This document shows, in pieces, positions 42,201 to 57,200 of a DNA stretch of 64,000 nucleotides. Origin of the DNA: Amoebophrya sp. A120 (Eukaryota > Protista > Dinoflagellata); assembly GCA_905178155.1 (NCBI GenBank), contig CAJINV010000005.1:5002256-5066255 (forward strand), given 5' to 3'. A program made the position numbers and the translations under genes. Each line of letters begins with the position of its first letter. The stretch's first letter is position 1. Under the pieces are notes generated by a model. It had not been told where the DNA came from. It made no database searches and saw nothing but the letters and a program-made list of their open reading frames with translations.

Positions 42201-45200
42201 GGTGTTTGTAATGCTGTTGATGCCATACGAACGAGGGGGGGGGAGTTGTGCACTCTCATACTCGTCACCAACATCAAACAATCGTTGACCACGGATTACA
42301 ATTTGGAATTCGACACAACCAATAATGCTGCTGGGGTAACTGTCGAAATACCCGCTGAGGAGTCGAAGGATACGAAAATCGCGCCGGAGAAATCCTTGAT
42401 CGAGGGCGGCAAAGCGGTCTTCATCGAAGCTTTGATGGACGCTGAAGTGTCTTTCGACGTCGATAGTTTCGTCCAGAAATATTTGAAGGAGAAAATGAAT
42501 AAAGACATCACGCAGACCGGGGTGAAGAAAACGCCAACAGATGTTTCCGCAGCATTAGCAGCCCATGACACCCTTATCGCGGAGAAGATCATGAAGAAAT
42601 CAGTTTTCTCCGCGATCAAAAAAGCCTGCCCGCTTTTGGCTTCTGGCGATGACGTGATCTTTACCGAGGAGAACGTCGCGACGACCGTTTCTCCTTCTTC
42701 CGGGTCGAAAAAAGCGGATGGTAGTGGGGCGAAAGAGACCAGGACCGTTTCGATTGTTCTTCATGGTGATTTCTCCGCTGCGGCGATGAAGGAGGTCTTA
42801 CAGGCGTTTGAGAAGCCGGGGGAGACTACAAGCTCCGCTGGTTCTACTTTTACTACCGAGTTCAACACGCAGATGCAGTCGATTTCTTCTTCCACAAACG
42901 TGACTGAAGAGCTGAAGATGTCCACCATTGAGTACAAGGAGAACGCGAACCGCGAGCCGCCGAAGCAGATCGCGCAGACAGAATCGGAGATTTCCTTCAC
43001 GATGTCGGAAGCCGCTTCTAACACTGAAGTGCAGAACTGGGTGCAGACCGCAGTAGCAAACGCGATGAACGAGGCGGCGGGGTTAGAGATGACGAAGACG
43101 CACGTGTCGGTGCAGGTGAAGACCGACACGAGTAAACAACCAGTCGTGAAGATTTCCGTCCCGTTTGCGAGCAAAGTGGTCTCGGAAATGTTTTCCTCAA
43201 CTTCGAAGTCCAAAGCGAAGGACAGATTTATGACATTAGTGAACGCGGAATTAACGAAAGCGGCTCAAACGAAAAAAGACGGCACAGCATCTAATATCAA
43301 CATCTCCCCATCTGGTGTCGCGATTCAAACATCGGACGCGAAAGCAACGAGATTCCTCGAAACGGAAGTCGAACTGGCGGTAGATCGGTCCGGTGGCGCA
43401 GCTACGGCGAACAAAGTGCCTAATGAAGAAGCTTTGTTCGCGTTAGCTCAAACTGCTGTCGCCAGATCCTTGAAGAAAGCGGGTGTTACCGTTGATCCGA
43501 AACAGGTTTCCATCCGGTTCATCTCCAAAGCGGCGGACGCGGCTGATGCCACTGCAACCACTCCATTGACCTACAGCTTCAAGATCACCACCGCCGTTGA
43601 TGATTTCACCTACACGGAACAACAGCAGAAGATCATTGAGGACCAGTTCAGCAAGTCCAAAGCGGTGGAGTCCGCCGCTTTCGTCGCGGAATTTGCTTCG
43701 AATCTGAAGACTCTTGGTGTCGCGGACTTCGCGACGACCCCGGAGGTGAAGAAGGAAGTGAAAAAAGCGGCAACAAGTGCTGAGACGGATTTAACCCCGA
43801 TAGCGGACACATTGCCTGGGGGGATTGCGTTTGTGGAAACTAGCTTCTCGGTGGAGACGACGGATTCCACGACTTACAGTGCTGACCAGCTGATCGAAAA
43901 ATTGATTCCCGCGATGGCGAAAGCTTCCAGCAAAACTTTACGGAAGTTCGTTGCCGATTCCGACCCGGTGAAATATCCGAATGGGGTTTCCGACGTCCCT
44001 GCGGCGGTGACAGTGCCGGAAACGGCGGTTGGGCTGGTGTTTTTGTACGACACGCCGGTTGCAGCCGGTTCTGCAGCGAGAAACCGGAACTTCAGACTAA
44101 CAGTCCAGTTGATCGAGGTCCCGGCGGGGGTTGCGGGGAACATGATGGGGGTGACCAGTTTGAACCGGAATGAGCTGTGGACAGAGGTGACACAGCTCGC
44201 GACCGATGGTGACGCAGCAGCTCTCCCGTCTGACATTACTTCTCCAAAGTTCATCGCGGACGCGAAGCAAGCATCCCAAACCCAGGCGAAGATCAAACTC
44301 ACTTTCGACAACGCAGCGACGCCAGCAGACTTAGCCGCGCCAGGCGTCCAAGCTTCCATCAAGGAGGGCTTCGCCCAGGCGTTCAAGGAGGCTGGTGGGG
44401 CGCCGTTGAAGAAGGAGCACGTGTTCATCTCCATTCACGAGAAAAATGCTGCTGGAACCGAGTACACGTTCAACTTCGCGGTGCCGACAGTTTCCCAAGC
44501 TGGGACGGCTTTGGTGAGTCCCTCAGGAGGTACCGACGGCGAGATTTTCGGCTCGATTTTGAAACAGAAGACCAACACGCTTTTAACTAACGCTGGGGTT
44601 AGTTCGTTTGCCGTCACGACGATTGCGAATACGGAAGAAGCGGTGGAAAGGACCTATTTGACCACGAAATTATCCTTACTCCCGCAGGCTGGGGGGAGTG
44701 CGATGAAACAAGCAGATTTATTACCGATTCTGCAGAAGGGGATTGGGAATGCGTTGTCGACGACCACGACGGATTACGTGCCTTTTACCAGATCCAATAT
44801 CACCGTTTCCTTCCCGCAGGACCCGAGTGATGCAACTACTGGTGGCGGCACTTCTGAAGTCATCATCTCCGTCCCGTTCGTCTCCGGTACGGAATACGAT
44901 ACGACCCAAATCGAGAACGCAAAGAACCAAGTGAAATCGGTTTTAGACCCCACTTCCGCAGACTTCGCGTCGAAACTCCCAACGAGATTGGAGGCGCAGG
45001 GAGTCGCTTTTTCCGCTCCATCCGATACGGATTTAGCGGAGCTGACCAAGGTTTCCGAACCCGCGGCGCCGTCGAAACCCGCAGCGACGGTTTCGACGTT
45101 GAAGTCCCGAACTGCGTTCGTCCGCGCGGCGATTTCCATTCCATTCGCCGATGGTGCGAACGAATTCTCGACGGTGAAGATGGAGGAAATTCTAGAGCAG

Positions 45201-48200
45201 GCAATTGCAAAAACCATCGCGGAAGATAAGAATGTGTTAGAGGCCGGGTTCGGTGAGGCAGATCTCGTCAAGCCAGATCAGGTCACTTTGGTGATGTCCC
45301 AAGCTTCCGAGGGGAGGAAAACGAAGGATTTCGAGATCACGGTTCAAATACCGGAGACAGAAACTTCTTCCCGCGTGTCCGCGCAGATTGTGTCGATTTT
45401 GAGCAAGAACAACGCGAAAAACACGGAATTTGCGAAGTCCTTCGCAGTTAAAGCGGAGGAGAAATTGGAGGAGGAGTTACTCGCAAGTGACACGACGGGG
45501 ACGCTGACGAAAGAACTAGTCAAACAAAAAATCAACTTCAGCAAAGACGCAACCACTGGCGTACCACTCGTCGCGTCGAAAACCGTCGCGGCGCCGGCGT
45601 CGCAACTCAAGGGTGACATCGGGTTCGCGATAAATGCTGGGGAAGTGTTAACCGATGAGCAAGTCACCACTGTCGGAAAGAAGGCGATCGCGGCCGCTTT
45701 GACGAAAGCGACCGGGACGCCGATTTCCCCCGAGCAGGTGTCCATCATGGTGCAACCAGGTTCCGTATGAGAGTGCACAACTCCCTCTCCCCCTCCCCCT
45801 CATTTGTGTTGCATGAGCAGCATGACAAGAGCTCGCAAAGATGCAGCTTTTGCATGACAAATTTCGTAGAGGATTGTAGTGCTGCTTAGGATTCCCATTC
45901 CGGAATCTGTCATGCAAACAGTGCTAACAGGCAAACGGTGGATTTGGAATTTTGCATGACAAATGAGGGGGAGGGGGAGTTGTGCACTGTCATACTCCGC
46001 TGCATTACAAGTTCCGGGCTTTACCTACGACGTGCCGATAACCGATTCCAAAGCGAAGTGGTTCTTGCAGGACGCGCCGGAGACGTTTAAACCGTATTTG
46101 GAAGCGGAATTGAAACAACTAGCAGCGAGCGAATTAACTCCGGCGAGGACAGTAAATGACAACAGCCTGACGGTTGCGAAAGCGCTGAATAAAGCAGCGG
46201 TGTCGTTTGAAATGGAGCTGAAATTGGTCGACGGCGCGAACTCGTGGCTACCATCAAGCGAACAGATGCTGAACATGTGGATCCAGTCCGCGGCGAAATC
46301 GGCGGTGGAAAAAGTCGCCGGGGTGACGCAGGGATTGAAGACAACACAGATTTCCGTCGCGTTTCTCGGTGCGACATCGATCCAGCCAGGCGCGACTTCC
46401 GCAACTGTGCCAGTGCAGGTGTCTGTGCCTCTGACTGAGGGTGCGATGGCTAGTGACAGTTCTGTCACGTTTGAATCCATCACGACAGCTTTGAAGGAGA
46501 ATTCCGCTGCGGCTTTAGTTTCAGAAGTGAAATCGGTTTTGGAAACCACCTACAGCCTAGAATTCTCCGCACCCCCAACAGTTACTGCGGATGAAATCGA
46601 CACGAGCAAGGATTCCGCGACGAAGCCACCACCTTCTCTCAACAGCAAAGTCTCATCTGACGGAACGGTTGTTACTGCTGCTGGTGCATCCGCTCCAACT
46701 TACGTCCGCGGTGATTTCGAAATGGAACTAACCCTGTCCAACGACGTGATCGACACAGATTCCTCTGACGGCTCTACCAGTTTGAAACCATCTGCAACAG
46801 TCGATCCAGACCGGGAGGTGAAGGAAGTGTTACGAACTGCGGCGTTCAATGCTTTGAAAACCCAGGTTTCTGCGTTTAAGGATCCGAAATCGATTTTGAA
46901 GTTTGAAAAATCCAATGTCGCGGTCATCGTCTCCCCTGCTTCGGGCGTGAAGACGGAGAAGAGGACTCTATCCGTCACCGTCCACGGCGACTACCCGGCG
47001 GAAGTAATCAGGGAAATCAACGACGCATTTTCCGCCACTTCCGTCACCCCGGATGCGAGTTCTGAAATGGCGAAGATCACGGGGTCGACGACCCCCGTCG
47101 CCGATCGGTTCAGAACCGCGTTGGTGGCGGAAGCGGGAAGCACCGCGACGAGTGAATCGAAGAAATTTTCCTTCGGGTCTTCTGCTACTGTCGTTGGGGA
47201 TGGGCCGAAGCCGGTTTCCACTACGCAAACCACAATTTCCTTCCCGGAAGCACTGGTGTACCAAAACCAAACAAGTGGTGCCCAACCCGACCCGAATGCC
47301 GCGCCACCGAGCAACGATTTGGTCGAGTCCTGGGTGAAGGAAGCGGTCGCCGCGGCGGTGAGTGATGCGGCGGGGCTGGATTTGCTCCCCGAGCACGTTT
47401 CGGTCGTCGTCACGACCGATAACAGCAACAAGCCGTCGGTGAAGATTTCTGTTCCGTTCGCAAATCAAGCGGTGAGCGAGATGTTTTCTGCGGCGCCAAG
47501 TGCGAATAAGGAGATTTTCCTGAATGCTTTTGAGCCGACGTTGAAGAAGGTGGCGGAAAAATCCGATTTCGTCCTTCCGGTGGATCTATCAAATGTAAAA
47601 ATGTCTGGGTCTGGAAACTTGTGATGCTGGGCGGCGTCTCATGATGAGGCTACAAATGCTGGCTCAGCATGACAAGTTTCCGAGCTTCTAGGTGTTGCCT
47701 ATTCTGCATGACAAACTGCGCTTCTGCATCACAGAAAAACGGAGCTCTTGGGTAACGCGCATGACAGATTTAAGAGTCATGACAGACAAGCATGACAAAC
47801 ATGAATTCTTCCAGACCCAGACATTTTTACATTTGATAGGATCCCACTACCGGGAAGAGCAAAATGACTTTCGCTTCCGCGGAGTCCACCTCCTACGTGA
47901 AAACGACGATCCAATTGAAGGTCGACACGAGTAGTGGGACCCAACCGTTACCAGATCAAGATGCTCTGTTCATTCTCGCGCAGACCGCGGCGAGCAAATC
48001 GATGGAGAAACTCGGGTTGAGTCAGAAGATCTCCTCGAATCAGTTCGTGATTCAATACACTCCAATACGACAGTGCACAACTACTCCCCCTCCCCCTCAT
48101 TTGTCATGCAAAATCTCAAATCCAGTCGCTGCCTTGTGGCACTATTTGCATGACAAGTTGTGGTAGCCCAAATCGCACTACACTCCAGCGTAAATTTGTC

Positions 48201-51200
48201 ATGCAAAACCCACACTCTTGCTGATGCTTGTGTTGCCGTTCATGCTATACAAATGAGGGGGAGGGGGAGTTGTGCAATCTCATATCCAACCACCAACACG
48301 GCGACCGGCCCGACCGGTGGGGAGCAGACGTATGATTTCGGAATTTCCGTCGCGTTACCCTCCACCGTTTACTCCGACGCCGATGTCGCGACAGTGACCA
48401 AGGCGTTCAACAAGGACGACAGTAAAGCAGTAGAATTCAACACCGGCTTCACTGATTCGTTGAAGACCCTCGGTATCACGCAGTTCGCGGCGGAGCCAGC
48501 TGTGAAGGAAGTTGCGGTGAAATCGGTCGACAAAATCGAGACGGATTTAACCCCCATGGAAATCGTCCCCGGTGGTGTTTCCTTCGTCGAATCAGAATTC
48601 CACGTGGAGACCGTCGATACGAGCTTGTCTGGGGATGATTTGATCGCCATTTTGAAATCCAAAATCGCTTCGGGCACTGGAGCTTTGTTGACGGATATCG
48701 TTGGTTCGGCTACGACAGTTGCGGAGTCCGCGATTGGATTGGTTTATTTATACGATACGCCAGTGTCCGCGACAAGTACAGCTTCGCAGAGGAATTTCCG
48801 CATGACAGTCCAGCTCGCGGCGGTGCAAACGTCTGTGGTTGGCTCTGCTCTTGCTGTTTTGTCAGATTCCCGAGAAGATTTGTGGAAGAAAATCTCTTCC
48901 TCTGGTAGTCCTTTACCAGCGACTGTTTCCAAGCCGAAATTCACTAGTGATGCGAAGCAAGCGTCGCAAACACAAACGAAAATCACGATCACGCCGAAAG
49001 ATGCTTCTGACGCTGGAGTGGATAAAGCAGTAATTCAATCCGCGGAATTCCAAAAAGCGTTCAATAAGGGGTTTACATCGGCTCTTCGCGAATCCGGTGG
49101 CCCGGGATTGACGGAAAGCCACGTGGTCACGACGATTCACAACTACGATAGCGCGACGAAAGCGTATACTTTGAACGTCGCGTATGCTTCGATGCAATCT
49201 GCAGCTTCCAACATGCTGTCGAAGTCCAAGGGCGGAACTGATTCGGAAATCTTTTTGTCACTCTTCCGCACGAAGTTCAACCAGGAAGTAACCGCTACAC
49301 CAATCACCGGTCTGGCGAATGTTGCGGCGACACCGTTGGCCGTTGCGGCGGACGCGATTGAAAGATCGTACGTCGAGTCGAAGATCAGCTTGAAGCAGTC
49401 TGTTGCTGCTTCCGACACGTCGAACTTCAAGCAGAAGCAGGATTTGATCCCGATCTTGCAGAAGGCGGTGTCCTCCGCGTTGACTTTATCGGTGGATCCT
49501 GCAGCGTCTGCCACTGGCGCCGCTGGTGCTGCTGCTGGGACAATCCCGCGGAGCTATTCTGATAGTAAAGTGCCGAACAGCTTCTTCAGCAAATCAAACA
49601 TCACAATCTCCTTCCCGGTGGACTCCACAACAGACGCAACCAACGCAGGTACTGGGACTGTTATCATCTCCGTCCCGGTCGTTTCCGGTCCGGGGGTTGA
49701 GTCGAAAGTAGATGCCGCTGCCGCGCAGAAGGCGAAGGACCAGATTTTGTCGGTGTTGGATCCCACAACCACCACTTTCGCGGAGAAACTACCGACAAGA
49801 TTGAACGTGCTGGGAGTTAGTGTAACAGTCCCACCTCCACCAAAGCAAGGTGATCCGCCACCGGACCCGGCGAACTTGCCGTTCGCGGTTGCGGAGAAGC
49901 CGGAACCTTCCGCGCCGGTTGTGACGGAATCGACCGTGAAATCGAAAATCACTTTCGTCTATGGATTGCAAACATGTCTGGGTCTGGAAACTTGTGATGC
50001 AAGGAGGGGAATAGTGAGCACACTGTAATGCGCTGCCAAGCATGGCAAGTTTCTCCGTGACCGTGGTTCATCTGAGTTGCGTACTCCGCATGAGAAGCTC
50101 CACTTTTGCATGACAGACAAGAAGAGCTCTTCGCGGCCACGCAATACAGAGCTGAGAGTCATGCCAGACTAGCATGACAAGTCTCTGAATCTTCTAGACC
50201 CAGAGATATTTGCATTTGATATCGTCCAGGCGAAGTTGAAATTCACGGTGGAGGAGCTGAAGCGGATTGTGCAGGAGCCTGTGGTTGATTCCACCACTGG
50301 GCAACAAATCATCGACCCGGTAACCAACCAGCCGAAAACAAAAGCGAAGGAATCGTCTATCGTCTTCACGGACGAGGAGTTGGAACAACTTTGCGCAAAA
50401 GCGATTGCCAAAGCTTTATCCAACGACCCGGGCGTACTTGACGCGGGTTTCGGGCAAGTTGATATCATCGACAGTAAAACCGACGTTGCGGTTATCGTGT
50501 CCGAGTCTTCCTTCGGGAAAAGCGAAAAGGAGATCGATTTCACGGTTGGGGTGAAGGAAACGAAATCCCAATCCGCTTTGTCGACACAAGTTTTGTCGCT
50601 TTTGTCCACCGGAAACAGCAAAAACGCACCTTTCTTATCGAACGTTTTGGAAACGAAATTGGTGGAAGAAATGACAAAAACTGCGGAGACGAAAGTTGTT
50701 GCGAGTGGAGGGAGCAAAGAGGAAGTGAAACTCACTCTGAAACAAAACTCCATCAACTCGGGGAACAAAATCGCCGAGCCCGCAACCTCGCTCGAGTCCA
50801 AATTTTCCTTCGACGTCACACCCATCGAGCCGGTTTTGTCGGATAACGAAGCGACAATTCTCGCACAGCAGATGATCGCGAAGGCGGTGAAGGAAGCGAC
50901 GGGGAGACAGGTGAAGCCCGAGCAAATCGCGGTGACGGTTGGACCTGGTTCAGCTGCGGTGGGTAAACCGGATATTAAATTCGTGTTACCCGTGGCGGAT
51001 GAGAGGGTCAGGTGGTTCTTGACGGACAGTGCAAAATCCTTCGAGGAAAACTACTTGAAGCAAGCTGCAGAGACGACACTAGCGGCTGCCGACACGTTGC
51101 TCCCTGTTGATCCATCCACTGGCGCTGCCGCGCCGAAGAGAACAACATCCACCGTCGGGTTGCAGGCCGGCACAGACGCGAAGCAGAACACATTAGTTAC

Positions 51201-54200
51201 GATGCGGTTGAGTTTACCTTTGACCAAAGGCGCTTCTTCTTGGCTGCCGGAATCGGAAGCGATGCTCTCCTCCTGGCTCCAGGGCACCACGAAACAAGCG
51301 GTGCAGAAGTTGACCGGGATTACAGATTTCGATTCTTCTGCCATCACTGTGGTTTTAGGCTCTTCTATCGACGCTTCTTCCGGGTCAGCAACAGTCCCCA
51401 TCCAGGTTTCCATCCCGATTTCCGAATCCCAGCTCTCCGTCGCCGCCGACGCCTCGACCGCCGCGACCAAAGCGGCTTTTGAGGCGGCGGTCAATGCGAT
51501 CAGCGCCAACGCGGCCGCGGATCTGAAGGCGGAAGTGAAGAATGTGTTGGAAACAACCTACAATCTAGAGTTCTCCGGCCCGCCGGAAGTGACGGAAGAG
51601 CCGAAAGCGGTGGAGGAATCGGTGGTTTTGAAGAAAGAGTATCAACTGCAAATATGTCTGGTTCTGGAAACAGGAAACTTGTGATGCAGAATTGTGGATG
51701 ACTGAATATTTGCCAATGCAGCCAAGCATGACAAATTTGCAAAACGCTCTCTCATGCTCAGTCCGCATGAGAAACTGCGCTTTTGTATGACCAAAGAGGG
51801 CGTCTTTTTTGTTAGTCATGCAATACAGATTTTACGGGAGTGTAGGAGTAGCATTACTTCTACGAGTTCCATGCTTCCAGACCCAGACGTTTTTGCATTT
51901 GATAAAGAGCCATCCATTGCGAAGACCGCATCGTATGTGGAGGGTTCGTTCGCGATCAACGTGCCACAGACGATCGACACGAAGAAATTACAAACAGTTT
52001 TGAAAAACGCCGTGATTTCCTCCTTGGATAAAACCGTCGATGCTTTAAACGGGGAAACTTCCACTCTCACCCAGGTTGCGGTTTCCGTCTCCCCTGGGCC
52101 AGATACCAGGAACGAGGACGCGGTGAAACAACTCGCAGCAACGACTACGAACGAGGATAGAGATGTGAAAATCACTTTATCAGGTGAGTTAACCGCGGAC
52201 CAGGTGGCGCAGATCGTGGAGGCATTGAGTTCGTTATCCGATGAAGCGAAGCAAGCGACAGATTCCACTACGGATAGCAAGGCTTTGAAGAAAGCAAGGA
52301 CGTTCGCAAGCACTTGGGTGGCGGATTTGACAGCGTTGGACACGGCGGATGATGACATCAAACTCAACACAGCAGTAACTTCCTCCGATGGTTCCACTTC
52401 TATCGTGAAACAAACGTCCACCGCGAAGCAAGTTTCGCAGACCGAGTCGAGCCTGAAACTGGTTCTGAAACCATCCACTGGGGTGAAAGACGCGACAACT
52501 GGAATTGCGCCGGTGAAAGACGGCGAGCCATTGACGGATGTCGCTGCTATTCCGAGCAATGATGTGATGGAAGACATCACGCAGGAAGCGATTGCGGCGA
52601 CAATTAACCAATTAACCGGGTTGGATTTGACACCGGAGCATGTGTTTGTGGATTTGAAAACGGATCACTCTGCTGAGCCGGAGTTGTCCTTCACAGTCCC
52701 ATCCGGGGACGACACGGTGGCGAAGTTCTTGTCCAAGCAGGATAAGAGTGGGAGGAAGGAGCAGTTTCAGCAGTTACTGCAGCAGAAGATTGCGGAAGTC
52801 ATGGCGGTGAAAACGAGCACAAATATCACCATCTCCACCGCTCCGGAGGATGTGGCGAAAATGGTGACGAAGGAATCCGCAGGGTCCACTTCGTATTTGA
52901 AAACCACCATGGACTTCGCTTTACCAGCGGGTTCGGAAGCCTTGTCGCAAGAAGCGCTGTTCGCGCTTGCGCAAACCGCAGCGGCGAAGGCTGTGAAAGA
53001 GGCGGCAGGAACAGCGACTGTCGTTGAAATCCCGGCGAACCAATTTTTCGTCAGGTACACACCAGGTAGTACCAACACGAACTTCGGGTTGGAGATTTCG
53101 GTCGCCATGGATTCGGCGGATTATTCGTCTGCGCAGAAACTGAAAGTGGAGAAGGCTTTTTCGAAACTCGTTTCGAAGAAAACAGTGAATTTGACCACCG
53201 GAGAAGAAACAGTCACCACCGAGTCTTCCGCGGAAGCGAACACTTTCGCCTCTGCGTTCACGACGCAATTGACGAATCTAGGTGTTTCTACCTTCGAAAC
53301 AGCCCCTGCAGTCACAACGGAAAAAGCGGAAGTTTCGGTCAAACAAGCAACAACCGATCTAGTTCCGGACGACACGGAATCGCCCGCGCCAGGTGGGCTG
53401 ATTTACGTCGAGTCGGAAATCTCCATCGAAACGCCATCAGCGTCTGTGCCGTTTTCTTCCGATGCGGCCGGGGCGGATGAGCTCGCCGTACATTTACAAT
53501 CCGCAGTCTCAGAAGCGGTGAACACGAAATTTTTATCCGGCTTCACCAATGAAACTGGTAGTAACCCCGCGGTGAAGAAAGAGCAGGTCGGCTTGACTTA
53601 TTTGTACATGGCACCAGTCGAAGTCGGGTCGGATAAACGTGTTCGGGTGTATAGAGCAACAGTGCAGGCACACAGTCTCACCACCGCGCAGATCGGGACT
53701 TTAACAACTGCCATGTCCGAGCCAAAGAAGGAGAAATTTTCCGAAACTCTGGGCACGATTTTGACCGAAAAATCCCATCCAGCGACTGGTGGGGATGCAA
53801 AGCTACAGCAGGTCTCGAACCCGAAACCGACGAAATTGGCTTCGCAGTCGTCGCAGACGCACTTCCGCTTGGAGCTGCAATTGGAGAATGCCATGACAAA
53901 ATCCGAAGCGGAAGCGGCTGTAATCTCCGGTTTGCAGACTTCGCTAAAGGACACGTTGTCTGAAGTCGGTGTAGCCCGGTTGTCCAAAGAGCACATCCAC
54001 ATCAAGTGCGAGCCGGAGTCGACGTTTATCAACGAGCCGAGCAAAATCGGAGATGCAACCGCGACTACGAAAAAGTGGACCTTTTTCGTCGCTTTACCAA
54101 CCTCTGGTAAGACGATAACCACCATGGTGGAGGAATTCCAAACAGATTCCGCTAACAGCAACAAGAAGACGAAGCCGCCAAACCCGGACGCGGAAATCTT

Positions 54201-57200
54201 CACGACAATTTTGACGAACAAGCTGAAGACGAATCTTGCTGCGGACACTTTGTCCACAGACGCTTCTCTGGCGAAGGAGTTGTTGACCGTGCCGGTCACG
54301 AGTAAGGAAAGAGTTTATCTCCAAACGGAGATGGCTTTGTCCATCGACGTGACGCCGAGTGAATCGCTTGATGACGCATTGAATGTGAAGAACACTGGGG
54401 ATTTATCCCCCGCTTTGCAGGCTGCGGTGGCTTCCGCTTTGAAATCTGCGATGCCGGAGGGCGAGGATTTGACACTTCGGTCCGGCGACGTCGCGGTGCA
54501 GTTATTCCCGGAATTGCCGATCAGACAGGATACTTCTACCACGCCTCCGACTCTAACCCAGTCGGTTCGGGTCGCGGTTTCCATCCCGTTAGCTGTTGCT
54601 GGCGGATCGGAGAAGGCGGCGAACCGGTTGCAGCTGTTGATGTCCAAAACCGCAGCGGAATCGACGGATTTCCTGACGAAACTGGCACCGAGGTTGGAGG
54701 TTCGGGGTGTCAACTTCGAGCAAACCGCTGTTGCTGACAGTGGAAGCACAGGCTCTGGTGCTGGCGCAGGAGCCGCAACAGTGCCCGGCCTTGCGGTCAC
54801 GACGGAAAACGCAGCCAGGTCCGAAGTCGCTTCCACCGAAACCACTACGAAGGATAACGTCAACTTTGTCCAATCCGCTCTCCAAATCTCCATCGGCAAC
54901 GCTGGGGTTCCAGCCAAGGAGATGCAGCTGATTCTCTCCAAAGCAATCGCCGAAGCGGTTTCTTCCAATTCCGCAATTCAGGAGGCGGCGGGCGGCGATT
55001 CGTCCGCGATCACGATGAAGGATGTTGGGGTCGTCGTTTCCGCGAAATCGAAACTCACCGACCAGAAGGAAATCTTCGTCACCATCGCTTCCCGGGAGAC
55101 GCAGTCCTCGACCAAGATTCAAGCAGCAATTGCTTCCCTGTTCTCCTCCTCTTCTGAAAAGTCTTACCAGCTCGCGCAGTCGTTCGAGGAGAACGTGAAG
55201 CGGATTATCACGGTTAACGGCGGAATTACCAACCCAGAAGCGAACAAGCAGAAATACGCTTTGGCGGAAATCCGCGGCGGCGCGGTGCAGTCAGTAGCGG
55301 CGATCCCGGCTTCGATGACGAGCGGCAGAGCGCAGTTCAGCTTCAACTCGGAACCAAATATCGACGACAGCATGACAAACGAGCAGCAGGAAGAAGCGAT
55401 CATTAAGTTGATCCAGCAAGGGTTTGCAAACGCTTTGGAAGAAGCTTCTGGTATGGGAATCCAGCCCGAGCAGGTGTCGATTGTTCTCGATCCGGAATCG
55501 GTGAAACTACGACAGCCGACTTTTTCGTATTCTGTGCCTTTATCGGAATCTCAAGTCTCCTGGTTTCTAGATGAGGACACGAACAAGGACAAAACGAAGG
55601 GGTTCACGCCCTATTTGACGGCGGAAATCGACAAGTTAGCGAAACAGGAGACGGATAGTTCTGTCCCCGGAGTAGAGAAACCCGCCTGGGAACAGTTGAC
55701 AGCGAAGGCTACTGATGTCGGCATGGACACGACGGCGGAGACGAAGACGAAAACTTACTTGTCGACAACTTTGGAGTTGGATTTGATTGATTCTGGGGAT
55801 TCAACCTGGCTCCCCAGATCCGAGACGATGCTGCAGCTCTGGGTCCAGTCCGCAGTGCAAAAATCGGTGAAATCCATCGCAAATGTGGATATCAAGTCCG
55901 ACCACGTGTCTGTGTTGTTGGCGGAGGAGCTGCCGAAAACCGGTAATACCGCGAAAGCGAAGATGTCGATCTCGATCCCCTTTGAGTCAACCGATTCTGC
56001 GCCCGTGGATTTACCCGCGGTTTTGTCCGCCTTAGGGGCGAACAACGCAGCGCAATTCATGGCGAACACGAAGACGGAATTGGAGTCTTTTGGTTTAGGC
56101 TTCCAATCCGATGTGAAAATCATCACACCGGAGAAGACCGAGAAGCTCCCGGAAGGGTTGACAACGACCACGACTACAACAACCACTACTGTTGTTGGCG
56201 CGACGCCGAAAACCGCCAGAGAGGCGGCGGCGAGCACCTACGGGACGAAGACTGTAGTCGAGCAGTTGGCGGAGAGGGAAGAAGCAGAAGCTGGCGCTTC
56301 CGCCACTCCACCTCCATTGTTCGCGCCGTCTGCAGAAGCGGTGGTTGCGGCGGAGCCGGGAATTCCTGGCGGCAGTACGTATCTTGAGGGTAAGTTCGAC
56401 ATGAAGGTGACGAACCGGATTTCCACAGAAAGGTTGTCGAACTTGCTGAAGGCAGCAGTTCGTGACTCCCTCCCCTTCGCCGCGCCCGCGACCATGGACT
56501 TGGACTTCACGGTTGCGGTTTCTGTTGCACCGCTATCCCGTTAAAAAGTATCGTAGTTGTACTAGTAATTGCAGTCATGCATGACTAATGCGCGTCTTCA
56601 GGGAAATCACCATGACAAATTCCAACTTTCCTCCTGAAAAAATCTGTGTTGTAATTTCTACCAACGACGATACTTTTGTAATGCATAACCACCATCACAG
56701 GAGCTGATGTTTGGTGAGGTGATTGAGGACCGGCAGACTTCGATCATCATCCACGGTGCAGGTCTGAACACCAAAGCGGTTTCGCAAATCCTAGACGCGT
56801 TGGACAAGATCGAGGAGGGGATGGTGACAGAGGCGAAATCCCCGATTGCAACTTCGTCTACTACGCAGGACGGAACGGTCAGGCAGAATCCGGCTTTGAA
56901 ATTCCAACAACTCGTGAAGCAGTCGGTGGATCAGAAGTTATTAGCTTCCCCCTACAACACAACCACCGGTGGTTTCGCCGTGAAGGAAACTGCGAAGCCG
57001 ATTACCAGGACGGAATCCGAGATCAGCTACTCCTTCGGGGGAGCGGTGAGCCCGCCTCCGAACACCGACACGGTGTTCATTACGAAAAGAGCGATTGCGA
57101 ACGCGCTGAACGAAATCGCCGGGCTGGAGTTGACGCCAGACCACGTCGCCGTGGATTTGAAGACGGATTTCTCGCTCTCACCGGAGATGTCGTACTCCGT